From IMG/VR virus record IMGVR_UViG_3300031999_000024, positions 1 to 56,543 of that record: a DNA stretch of 56,543 nucleotides; one strand, given 5' to 3'. Numbering within the stretch: position 1 is the stretch's first letter; the number at the start of each line of letters is the position of its first letter. The stretch comes from a virus. Taxonomy: Duplodnaviria > Caudoviricetes. The translations under genes were made by a program, and so were the position numbers. The notes under the pieces were generated by a model. That model was not told the origin of the DNA. It ran no database searches and worked only from the letters and a program-made list of their open reading frames with translations. Positions 28,680 through 36,865 of this stretch are shown here, piece after piece.

Positions 28680-28710
28680 AAAATTTGTAATTTATACAAA
28701 TGTAATCATA

Positions 28711-30930
28711 TTATTGATACACTTGCGAAATATTATCTTCTTTTCTAATTTTAACTATAGTATCCGCCCATTGGCTAACCATTGGGTTATGTGTGATAAC
28801 AAATATCTTCTCAAAGTATTCTTTAATTTTAAAGAAAAATTCTGAAACCATTTCTAAATTATCGTTAGATATTTTTCCAAAAATCTCGTCCATGACCACG
28901 ATATTTGGTTTTGGTAATGAACAAATTTTACTTAAAACACATCTCAATGCTAATGACGCGATTGTTTTTTCATAACCTGATCCAGATATCATTAGTTTCT
29001 CCACACCGGTACCATTATCAATCATCATAAACTCAACTTCATTTTTATCACTAATTCTAACCTCAAGTTTGAAGTATGAACTATCTTCCATTAGTCGTTG
29101 GAGTTCTGAATTTATCAACGGTATCATAGTTTTCATTATGATTTTAGAAATCCCATTTTTACCAAAAGCTTCCAAATATATTTTATACAATTTCTCTTTT
29201 TCAGATTCTTCCTGAATTTTGATAATCATACTTAAATTATTCTTAATCTTTTCTTCTAAAGATGTAATCTGATAAGTGTTATTATTGATTGATGTATTTT
29301 TTTGAGTTCTTTCTCTTTCAAGTTCTTCAATTCTAATACCGGCTTTCAATAACAATGTTTCAATCTTTTCATTTTCTTTGATTTTATCCTGAAGTTCAGA
29401 ATATTTAATCAATTTTTGTTTAAGGTTTTCAATTTTTAAATCAAAACCCTCAATACTTAAATCATATTTTTCTTTGATTAGTTTGTTTTTTTCATACTCG
29501 TCAAACTCTTTTTTAAGTTGAGTGAAGGCTTGTTCTTTGCCTGATAAAACTTGCATTAACCCCAAAATTTCGTCTTTATGCTTGATATAACCATCAAGTT
29601 CGGCAATTTTAGATTGGGTAATAGATGCCATCATTAAGTCAATTCCACAGTGTTCACATTTGATTCCACCGTCCACAGAACTTTTCAATTCTTCAATTGA
29701 CTTAATTTTGGATTCTACCTCAACTTTTTGTTTAAACGCTTCGTTATATTCTTCCTTAACCTTGTCGTGCTTATCTTCGTAATAAAATGAAGATGGTTCA
29801 ACCACCTGTAATTCATTTAACTTTCCAATCACGTCATTTTTTTGACGTTCAAATGATTTTATTTCCTCACTAACTTTATCAGGATTTGTTTGAGCAATAT
29901 CATTATCAATATTGGTATGTTTCTTTTTTAACATATCATCACGATAATCCTTACCCTTCGTTAAGTTTACATCAATTTGATTAAGTTCTTCTTTTAATGT
30001 TTCAATACCGGTTTTTAAAGTTCCAATACTAGTTTCATATGTTTCATTATCACTTTTTAATTGTTCGGTGTTATAAACATTTGACAACATTGATTTGGAG
30101 AAATCAGAATAAATTTGTTTTGCAGATTCTTCTTTTTTCTTTAAAAACTCCAACCCCATAAACCTTGAGAGAACTTGTCCTCTTGCGGTTGGTTTTGACT
30201 CTAAAAGATCCTCAAGATTTGTTGCGGTAGTTAGGATTGTCATTAAGAAATCCTCTTTAGAACCTATTGATGTTTTAATAAACTGTTCAGTTTCTCGTCT
30301 TTGTTCACCAGTAAAATTTTGTAAACTTCCATCGGCAAGTTTTTTGAAAAAGTCCAATTCAGTTTTTACATTCCATTCACCCTTTTTAGACATCTTTCTT
30401 TCAATATTCCTAACAATAACATATTCCTCACCATCAATGATAATCTCACCTTTAACGGATACTTTATCTTTGGTTGTAAATCTGTTAAAGATTTCTTCCG
30501 CCTTTGATGTTTTTGTGGTTTCATTAAAGAATAGGAACATCAATAGATCCACACTTAAAACTGTATTATGAGATACAATACCATTTGTGTAATATTGATG
30601 CACTTCAGCAACTTGGACATCATAAAGGGTATCTTTTTCGTCCAATAACTTAATACTTGTTACCGAACTGTTACCATCAATAGTTTGTATTTTTTCCCCA
30701 ATTTTAAGTTCTTTAAGGACGACAAACTCGTTGTCCGTTTTTTTTAATTTATGATAATCCGCACCCTCAACAAACATACCGTTGTCTAATTCACATCTAT
30801 ATACCTCCGCATTTTTTTCCGTAATACCACACCACTCAATGTTTTTATACCCATATGGTGTATTAACTTTAAACCCTAAATCACCATATTTTTGGTAAAT
30901 TTCATACAACTCCCCAATTTTAATTTTCAT
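28711..30930 (-). CDS. sbcC: SbcC/Rad50 (gp46-like) ATPase, C-terminal part, preceded by a split-intein C-fragment
   Basis: First 122 aa are IntC ending YYTNGIVSHN|T. Then coiled coil, CEHC zinc hook, GSGYEK signature, Walker B VVMDE and H-loop ITHN. Confidence 0.93.
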   Translation of the reverse strand: MKIKIGELYEIYQKYGDLGFKVNTPYGYKNIEWCGITEKNAEVYRCELDNGMFVEGADYHKLKKTDNEFVVLKELKIGEKIQTIDGNSSVTSIKLLDEKDTLYDVQVAEVHQYYTNGIVSHNTVLSVDLLMFLFFNETTKTSKAEEIFNRFTTKDKVSVKGEIIIDGEEYVIVRNIERKMSKKGEWNVKTELDFFKKLADGSLQNFTGEQRRETEQFIKTSIGSKEDFLMTILTTATNLEDLLESKPTARGQVLSRFMGLEFLKKKEESAKQIYSDFSKSMLSNVYNTEQLKSDNETYETSIGTLKTGIETLKEELNQIDVNLTKGKDYRDDMLKKKHTNIDNDIAQTNPDKVSEEIKSFERQKNDVIGKLNELQVVEPSSFYYEDKHDKVKEEYNEAFKQKVEVESKIKSIEELKSSVDGGIKCEHCGIDLMMASITQSKIAELDGYIKHKDEILGLMQVLSGKEQAFTQLKKEFDEYEKNKLIKEKYDLSIEGFDLKIENLKQKLIKYSELQDKIKENEKIETLLLKAGIRIEELERERTQKNTSINNNTYQITSLEEKIKNNLSMIIKIQEESEKEKLYKIYLEAFGKNGISKIIMKTMIPLINSELQRLMEDSSYFKLEVRISDKNEVEFMMIDNGTGVEKLMISGSGYEKTIASLALRCVLSKICSLPKPNIVVMDEIFGKISNDNLEMVSEFFFKIKEYFEKIFVITHNPMVSQWADTIVKIRKEDNISQVYQ
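30565..30930 (-). mobile_element. Split intein C-fragment (IntC, 122 aa)
   Basis: Block B-like EGADYHKL, block F LYDVQVAEVHQYYTNG, block G SHN with Thr at +1. Confidence 0.93.
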
Positions 30931-30970
30931 TTTTTTATAACTTTTTCTTTATTTTCCTACCTATTTGTTT

Positions 30971-31582
30971 TTATTTTAATTCATCAGGTAAAAAACCTAT
31001 CTTATTTACTATGTAATCAATATCAAATTCAATTTCAATATTTGTATCATACCTAATACATTTCCCACCAAAATTTGGTGGATTAGATTCAACCACCGTA
31101 ATTCCATTACATTTATCAAAATCAATTCGTTGATTCTCACCATATGATAAGAAATTAGAGAACTCAATGTTTTTAATATACCATTTCTTAAATGATGAAG
31201 TTTCTTCTTCCGATTCGGACATTTTATTCTCAACCATTCTATTGATTGACATTACCTCGTCAACACGGTTTTCATACCCTTTAGATTTAAGGAATTGTTT
31301 TAACAAATCAGATTGATAATTTGTATCCATAATATTTACGGACACATCAACACTTTGCATCGTATCTTCCTGAATGTTTTTAACTTTCGTAATAACATTT
31401 ACATTGGTGGAATTATACTTCTTTTGAAAGTAATGTTTAACACTCTTGATTTTATCTTGAGTGAAATTATCCGAAATGTCTTCCCAAACTACCTGAATAG
31501 ATGGGTTTTCAAAGTTAGAAAACTCTAAATCTTTTATCATAATATTGTAATTAAATTTTTTTGGTGGATTAAATAGATCCAT
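30971..31582 (-). CDS. sbcC: SbcC/Rad50 N-terminal part followed by IntN
   Basis: IKNIEFSNFLSYGE.QRIDF...ITVVESNPPNFGGK|C matches the SMC/Rad50 N-terminal strands and the first half of the P-loop. Confidence 0.9.
   Translation of the reverse strand: MDLFNPPKKFNYNIMIKDLEFSNFENPSIQVVWEDISDNFTQDKIKSVKHYFQKKYNSTNVNVITKVKNIQEDTMQSVDVSVNIMDTNYQSDLLKQFLKSKGYENRVDEVMSINRMVENKMSESEEETSSFKKWYIKNIEFSNFLSYGENQRIDFDKCNGITVVESNPPNFGGKCIRYDTNIEIEFDIDYIVNKIGFLPDELK
30974..31060 (-). mobile_element. Split intein N-fragment (IntN, 29 aa)
   Basis: CIRYDTNIEIEFDIDYIVNKIGFLPDELK* directly after the P-loop NFGGK; block A-like C1. Confidence 0.88.
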
Positions 31583-31585
31583 TTA

Positions 31586-31861
31586 TTATTGTTCGTCTTC
31601 AGATGTAATAGATTCTTCAACTGTGTTTACTTCATCAATAGTTTCAACATCAGTTACGTTTTCAATGTCGTTAGTGTCAACAATATTAAATTCAATAGGA
31701 CTATCCCCCACTTGAACCTCCAAACCTTCAGATTCTTTGAATTTGTCCATTTGTTCTTTAAGAAGTTTGTTAAATGCGTTTTGCATCTTTGTTTTTTCTA
31801 ACGCAATTTTTTGATTTCGTTTTGCAACTTTTGCTCTGTGCTCTTTGTCTCTTTTTCCCAT
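31586..31861 (-). CDS. Hypothetical protein (basic N-terminus, acidic C-terminus)
   Basis: 91-aa ORF in the operon. Confidence 0.72.
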   Translation of the reverse strand: MGKRDKEHRAKVAKRNQKIALEKTKMQNAFNKLLKEQMDKFKESEGLEVQVGDSPIEFNIVDTNDIENVTDVETIDEVNTVEESITSEDEQ

Positions 31862-31871
31862 TTTTATTTTA

Positions 31872-32276
31872 TTAGTCGTTTAAAATTTGTGGTCCATTTT
31901 CATCTTCCACGATATATGTTGTCTCAATTTTTTGATTTGATAATCTGTTTTCTTCAAACCATTCCACAATAGCATTTATTCCCCATACTGCTCCTGACGC
32001 TAATAAACCGTCAAAGAATATTGATGCGTATTGATTAACTCCCAACATTTCATGCCAAGGAGAATATGCCACAAATGACATAAAAAATCCTGACCAAGCA
32101 CTGGTACACATCATGCAGGAAACCAAATCAGATATAAATCCAAATAACTGACTTAATACGGGAATACCACTATCCCCAACTCTTCGGAACCAATTTCTTA
32201 ATCCCTGAAATATTGATCCATAAACCAATATGTTTGACATACCATATACTGATAATATCCAAATTAATATACTCAT
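31872..32276 (-). CDS. Membrane protein, DUF1360-like
   Basis: Hydrophobic helices with LVSCMMCTSAW. Confidence 0.6.
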   Translation of the reverse strand: MSILIWILSVYGMSNILVYGSIFQGLRNWFRRVGDSGIPVLSQLFGFISDLVSCMMCTSAWSGFFMSFVAYSPWHEMLGVNQYASIFFDGLLASGAVWGINAIVEWFEENRLSNQKIETTYIVEDENGPQILND

Positions 32277-33013
32277 AATTTTTGTGTTATATTAGAACCT
32301 TTAAGATAAACAGCCCCTTGACTAACCTTAATACTTTCTAATTGTTTATTTATGCCTTCCAGCTCTTCTATTTTTTTGTCTTTTAATGATAGTTCTTTTC
32401 TTAATTTCTGTAAAGTTTCCCCCATCATTTTTAACTTTTCATCATCTACAGGAATGTCTAATTTTTGTCTAAGTTTGTCTAACTCTTCATCTTTTTTAGA
32501 CATTTCATTTTGGAAAATATTTTCCATTTCAGTCGTTTTAGTAGAAAATATTTGTCTTTCATTACCCAATTCTTGGTTTAAGTGGAAAATATTTTCATTC
32601 AACTGTTGGATTTTTCCGAACAGTTCATCTTCACCTGTTTTGTCACTAATGTATTCTATTTTTGTGACAACTTTTTCAACGGGAACTTCCTTAATTACCT
32701 CAACTATTTTCTCAACCTCTCTAATAACTTCAACGGGAACTTCCACTCGTTTTTCAACTATTACCTCAATTTCCGTGTGTTTTTCACCAATCCCGTCTGT
32801 TTTTAAGTGTTTTTCCTCATCATTAAGTGAATTTCCCAAAAAACCATACTTTTCAATATTAAATCCTGATTGAAAACATTTTTTAAAAAATTTATCGGTG
32901 TCGTCAATTTTGTTTAATTCACAAAACGATAATACCGACTGTATGGTTTTTTTGTTAAATATTTTTGAGTAGTTCGGTTCCATTTTCAATATCTTCAAAT
33001 GATTTAATCTCAA
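32273..33013 (-). CDS. Coiled-coil protein with VEK/VEVP repeats
   Basis: EVIVEKRVEVPVEVIREVEKIVEVIKEVPVEKVV; the real start is probably the internal MEPNY. Confidence 0.75.
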   Translation of the reverse strand: MRLNHLKILKMEPNYSKIFNKKTIQSVLSFCELNKIDDTDKFFKKCFQSGFNIEKYGFLGNSLNDEEKHLKTDGIGEKHTEIEVIVEKRVEVPVEVIREVEKIVEVIKEVPVEKVVTKIEYISDKTGEDELFGKIQQLNENIFHLNQELGNERQIFSTKTTEMENIFQNEMSKKDEELDKLRQKLDIPVDDEKLKMMGETLQKLRKELSLKDKKIEELEGINKQLESIKVSQGAVYLKGSNITQKL

Positions 33014-33734
33014 ACTTCAAAAATGGCTTGGGGTTGAATAAGTCGGTGTATGCGTATTCTTTTGTTTCCACATTATACACTCCATATCCGTGTCTTCCAA
33101 TACTTTCCGCAATTGTCTGTTGTATTGTTGATCCCACCATATACCCCTTACCCGTTTTGAACTTAAATTCTTGTCTTTTGTGGATGTCACCACATAAAAC
33201 GACTTCAAGTCCATTAAATTTTTCAATGTCATAAGCTTCTTCACCAAAGTCAAAACCAATATCTGTTTTCATACCTTGTATTGGTCCGTGAAATAAACCA
33301 ATTCTTTTTCCTTTCGTCTCAGTAATATCGGGGGGAATATTTCCTTGATATTGAGAATACACACACCAACTAATGTTATCGTCTTCATAAACGCCACGAT
33401 CTCTGTAATAACGAATGTTTGGGTTGTTTAATGAATTTATGATTGGTGTTAATGCGTCCAATCTTTCAATATTCCCCGTGAGAAAGTCGTGATTACCTGG
33501 TATGATGATAGTTGGTGCAACATAAGAACATTCAGTCAGTATCCAAGCAACAAACTCAATTAATTCCGGTGTCATTTGATTTTTAGAATGGACTAAATCT
33601 CCCGTAAATATGATACGATCAGGTTCTAATTCTCTCCATTGTCCAATTGCGGTTTCAAGTATGGAACGATATAAATCGTGATCTTTAAATAATCTGATAT
33701 GTAAATCAGAGAAATGTATAATTTTTTTAACCAT
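32955..33734 (-). CDS. sbcD: SbcD/Mre11-like metallophosphoesterase nuclease
   Basis: SDLH, TGDLVH, PGNHD, LFHG, GDIHK; lies near sbcC. Confidence 0.88.
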   Translation of the reverse strand: MVKKIIHFSDLHIRLFKDHDLYRSILETAIGQWRELEPDRIIFTGDLVHSKNQMTPELIEFVAWILTECSYVAPTIIIPGNHDFLTGNIERLDALTPIINSLNNPNIRYYRDRGVYEDDNISWCVYSQYQGNIPPDITETKGKRIGLFHGPIQGMKTDIGFDFGEEAYDIEKFNGLEVVLCGDIHKRQEFKFKTGKGYMVGSTIQQTIAESIGRHGYGVYNVETKEYAYTDLFNPKPFLKFEIKSFEDIENGTELLKNI

Positions 33735-33788
33735 ATATAAAATATAGTTATTTGATATTAAATTGTCAAATCTTATTCAGATGGGGGT

Positions 33789-34229
33789 TTAATTGTTAAC
33801 CTCACCCAACAAGTGTCGTAGTTGATCCTTACCTACTGGAATTGTCAATCCCCTTAAATTATATATTTTATCCATCCACCCCTCTGTAAGTTTCAGAATA
33901 ACGCGATAGGTTAAACTAAATTCTTCCAAAAACGACCAAATTTCTTCATAACTAATGTAAACTTTCTTATTTCTTCTATCGTAAACCATTAGATTATTAC
34001 CTTTTTTATATCTAAATAATGTCCAATCAGGTTCTTCTTCCAACTGAACAACATCAAGATTGTTAAATAGATGTAAAAACTCCATCGGATCATCATTAAA
34101 CACTAATTTTAATAGGTTTTCAGGTCCACCTATTATATCAGAAGCTTGTCTCCACCCCAATACTTTGACAATTTTTTTTAATTTATCTTGAGAAGATTGT
34201 TTTTGACTTTCCGTAATTATTATTTTCAT
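33789..34229 (-). CDS. Paralogue family member C with MKIIITESQ leader
   Basis: C-terminal half (VYISYEEIWSFLEE...WMDKIYNLRGLT) aligns with 11059 and 11389; TATTTATA at 34234-34241. Confidence 0.82.
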   Translation of the reverse strand: MKIIITESQKQSSQDKLKKIVKVLGWRQASDIIGGPENLLKLVFNDDPMEFLHLFNNLDVVQLEEEPDWTLFRYKKGNNLMVYDRRNKKVYISYEEIWSFLEEFSLTYRVILKLTEGWMDKIYNLRGLTIPVGKDQLRHLLGEVNN

Positions 34230-34265
34230 ATCATATAAATACTACATAAAACAAAAAACCCCACC

Positions 34266-34490
34266 TTATTCGGATGGGGACTTAATTTCTATTGAGGGTT
34301 GATTACTAGTGTTCCGATACTTTTTAAAGTCGTTAATCCACTTTTGTTCATCACTAATGACTTGTCCCATTTTTTCAACAATAGGTGACATTGGTATGTC
34401 TTTATTTTCTAACTTACCATCCAAATATCCCTCCAACCAAATGTAAAATTCTTTATAACTTAACATATTAATCAAATAATTGAAAATCAA
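34266..34490 (-). CDS. Hypothetical protein
   Basis: EFYIWLEGYL; the start is probably the internal MLSYK. Confidence 0.65.
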   Translation of the reverse strand: MIFNYLINMLSYKEFYIWLEGYLDGKLENKDIPMSPIVEKMGQVISDEQKWINDFKKYRNTSNQPSIEIKSPSE

Positions 34491-34680
34491 TGTTTACGTG
34501 TCCACATTCATTACACATATAAGTTGGGAATGGAACTAACGTGTCTTCCGAACTACCTGTCATTAGTTTAGGGACTTTTTTAATCAACACAACTTCCTTG
34601 AAGTATTTTGACATACATTTCTCACATTCAATCGTTGGTTGTTTTTTAAGATCAATTTTTGGTTTTAAAATATCATCCAT
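34468..34680 (-). CDS. Small zinc-ribbon protein
   Basis: CEKC...CNECG. Confidence 0.75.
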   Translation of the reverse strand: MDDILKPKIDLKKQPTIECEKCMSKYFKEVVLIKKVPKLMTGSSEDTLVPFPTYMCNECGHVNIDFQLFD

Positions 34681-34798
34681 TTCTTATTTAATTATATAAT
34701 TTATTTTTAATCCGTTTGGGATAACATTATCCCAAGTTGTGGTATATACCCATACCATTTCAATAGTTGTTTCCATATCCAATTATAACTAATCTTTA

Positions 34799-35659
34799 TT
34801 ATTTTTTCAAGTATTGTTTCATATTCATATCTAATATTGTTTGTTGGACTTCTTTTGGAACTCTAAACTCTTCAAATGTTCCATCCTCTTTAACTAAAAC
34901 AATAATCCCCCCATATAGTTTAATGTTACCATATTTTGATCCTTTTAACATCTTTAATAATAATTTACAATAAAAAGGAAGTTGTGTGAAGTAATGTCCG
35001 AGAGCATTATTTGGGTGTTTTTGAAATGGTGGTTTCATTTTTTTAGTGAAGAAGTTTTCCTCAAAGTTTTTTGGGCGATTACTTTTCCAATCTGTTATGA
35101 TTAACCCAAATTCGGTTCCCTCTCTATTCATTATTAACCAAAATTTATCGGGTTGTCCAACATAACCAATCTCATTACATCCCAACACCATTTCAGTATC
35201 CAATAATACCGCACCTCTTTCTTTCATCAATTCCAAAAAGTCGGTACCGGCATGAATCATTGAGTCACCCTTCAATATCTGTGTAAAATCACAATCAAAT
35301 ATTGGTTGTCTAACCTCCTTTTCAATCCCAAACATTTCCAATGATTTCTGTTCAAGAAAAAAGTGAACTCTTGACCCCAAATTTGTTGAGTATGTTCCCG
35401 CATCTCCCCATTCTTTCAATAGTCTAGCCTTTTCTTCGGGATCACCTTTAGCCTTCTTTTCCGCAATTCCATCTGAATCAAATTCATCATAAAATAACTT
35501 CATTACTTTTGATACTGACGGCCAGTCACTTCTCAATTCACCCGATAAATTAATCATCGTGTATGTGTGACTATCTTCCTCAAAAGTTAGTTGTAATTCT
35601 TTTTGTTTGTTTGCAACAATTTCTCTAATCTCACTTGCAATTTCTTTTAAATTCATCAA
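34799..35659 (-). CDS. PD-(D/E)xK exonuclease (Cas4/RecB-like superfamily)
   Basis: SVSKV, GSRVH, GQPD...ITDWKS, HYFTQLPFY. Confidence 0.82.
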   Translation of the reverse strand: MMNLKEIASEIREIVANKQKELQLTFEEDSHTYTMINLSGELRSDWPSVSKVMKLFYDEFDSDGIAEKKAKGDPEEKARLLKEWGDAGTYSTNLGSRVHFFLEQKSLEMFGIEKEVRQPIFDCDFTQILKGDSMIHAGTDFLELMKERGAVLLDTEMVLGCNEIGYVGQPDKFWLIMNREGTEFGLIITDWKSNRPKNFEENFFTKKMKPPFQKHPNNALGHYFTQLPFYCKLLLKMLKGSKYGNIKLYGGIIVLVKEDGTFEEFRVPKEVQQTILDMNMKQYLKK

Positions 35660-36555
35660 TCTCTTATTTCAATATAATAATCGTTTATTTCACCTTTTAA
35701 ATCACAAACATCCTTATCTTCAGGTAGTTTGACAATTTTTATTCTACCCCATAACATACCACCATTTAATTCGTGGTAAAGTTTCACCGCACTTATCCAC
35801 GCATCTTCGTCCAAACAAATAATTATATCTCCTTTGGATTTATTGTATATTGTCTCAAACAATAACTCTGACATATGTTTACCCAACATCGGTATTGAGT
35901 TTTCCAAGAATATTCCGTCAAATGCCCCCTCAACAAGGTAGATATCTTTATCCCAATCAATTAAACTTTCCCAAAAAATAATCTTTTCTTTTTCAGCCTC
36001 AGGGTTTCGGTATTTCGCCTTTGTATATGGATCCCAACTTCTACCTATATAATAATTAAGTTCACCTTTTAAATCATAGGAGGGAATAATTATTCTACCG
36101 GAGTGACTTCCACTATCACAAAAACCAATTTGATATTTTTCAATCATATAATCGGAAATTCCCCGATTATATAGGTAATTTATTGCTTGTTGTCTAACAG
36201 GATATCTTGGATTTACATCCTTAAATAATTTATATTCTTTTGGGAGTTGGGCTTTTGGTGATTTCTTTTCCCTCACTTGGACTGTTTCAGGTTTGAGGAT
36301 ATTATATAATTTCTTTAATTTTTTATTCCCAAATTTGTCAAATAATTTACCTAAAGACCCGTGAGTTCCCTCACTATCTCCACAACTCCAACAATGGAAC
36401 ACTGATTTTTCAACATTAACTTCTAAATTACCTTTATTTTTATCGTCATCACATATTGGACAATCCCACGAAACTTGAGATCTGTTTTCGTAAATTTTTT
36501 TTGGATCTCCTAAAAATTCACTAATTAATTCAACTACATTATCAAATTCATCCAT
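35656..36555 (-). CDS. DNA primase (zinc finger plus TOPRIM)
   Basis: CPICD..FHCWSC, YLYNRGI, RIIIP, YLVEGAFD, CLDED, KDVCD; the likely start is MDEFD at 36555. Confidence 0.9.
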   Translation of the reverse strand: MDEFDNVVELISEFLGDPKKIYENRSQVSWDCPICDDDKNKGNLEVNVEKSVFHCWSCGDSEGTHGSLGKLFDKFGNKKLKKLYNILKPETVQVREKKSPKAQLPKEYKLFKDVNPRYPVRQQAINYLYNRGISDYMIEKYQIGFCDSGSHSGRIIIPSYDLKGELNYYIGRSWDPYTKAKYRNPEAEKEKIIFWESLIDWDKDIYLVEGAFDGIFLENSIPMLGKHMSELLFETIYNKSKGDIIICLDEDAWISAVKLYHELNGGMLWGRIKIVKLPEDKDVCDLKGEINDYYIEIRD

Positions 36556-36641
36556 ATTTTGCAATATAATCATAAAATATGAAATAATCAAACTTCACAA
36601 GTTTTCCTATTCCTTTATATTTATAAAGATAATAATAGTAA

Positions 36642-36863
36642 ATGCCAACGGATATAACAATAAATAATATTTCAGGAACAACACCATTTGATGTTTATGT
36701 ATGTGATACAGGATACACTTCTTGTATTTATGTGTCAACAATAACAAGTGGTGAATTACCATACACCTTTGAGATTCCACCTGTTTACTCATCTTTGACT
36801 AATTTTATAGTCAAAGTTGTGGATGATAATGATTGTGTCGTAACTAACACCGTAACAGTTTAA
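36642..36863 (+). CDS. Small putative virion protein (paralogue of 46631..46933)
   Basis: ITINNISG..PFDVYVCD..C.YV.TI shared with 46631; TATTTATA at 36618-36625. Confidence 0.75.
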   Translation: MPTDITINNISGTTPFDVYVCDTGYTSCIYVSTITSGELPYTFEIPPVYSSLTNFIVKVVDDNDCVVTNTVTV

Positions 36864-36865
36864 AT

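Noticed and set aside
30931-30973. Simple frameshift or pseudogene explanation for the broken sbcC
   Set aside because: The break falls inside the intein after block A, with a clean stop, an A-rich leader and an ATG; all ATPase motifs are intact.
34684-34776. 30-aa minus-strand ORF METTIEMVWVYTTTWD...
   Set aside because: It fits the operon gap but is too short to support without homologues.
34799-35659. Cas4 as part of a CRISPR-Cas system
   Set aside because: It lacks the four-Cys Fe-S pattern and cas neighbours, and sits beside primase, so it is an ordinary phage exonuclease.
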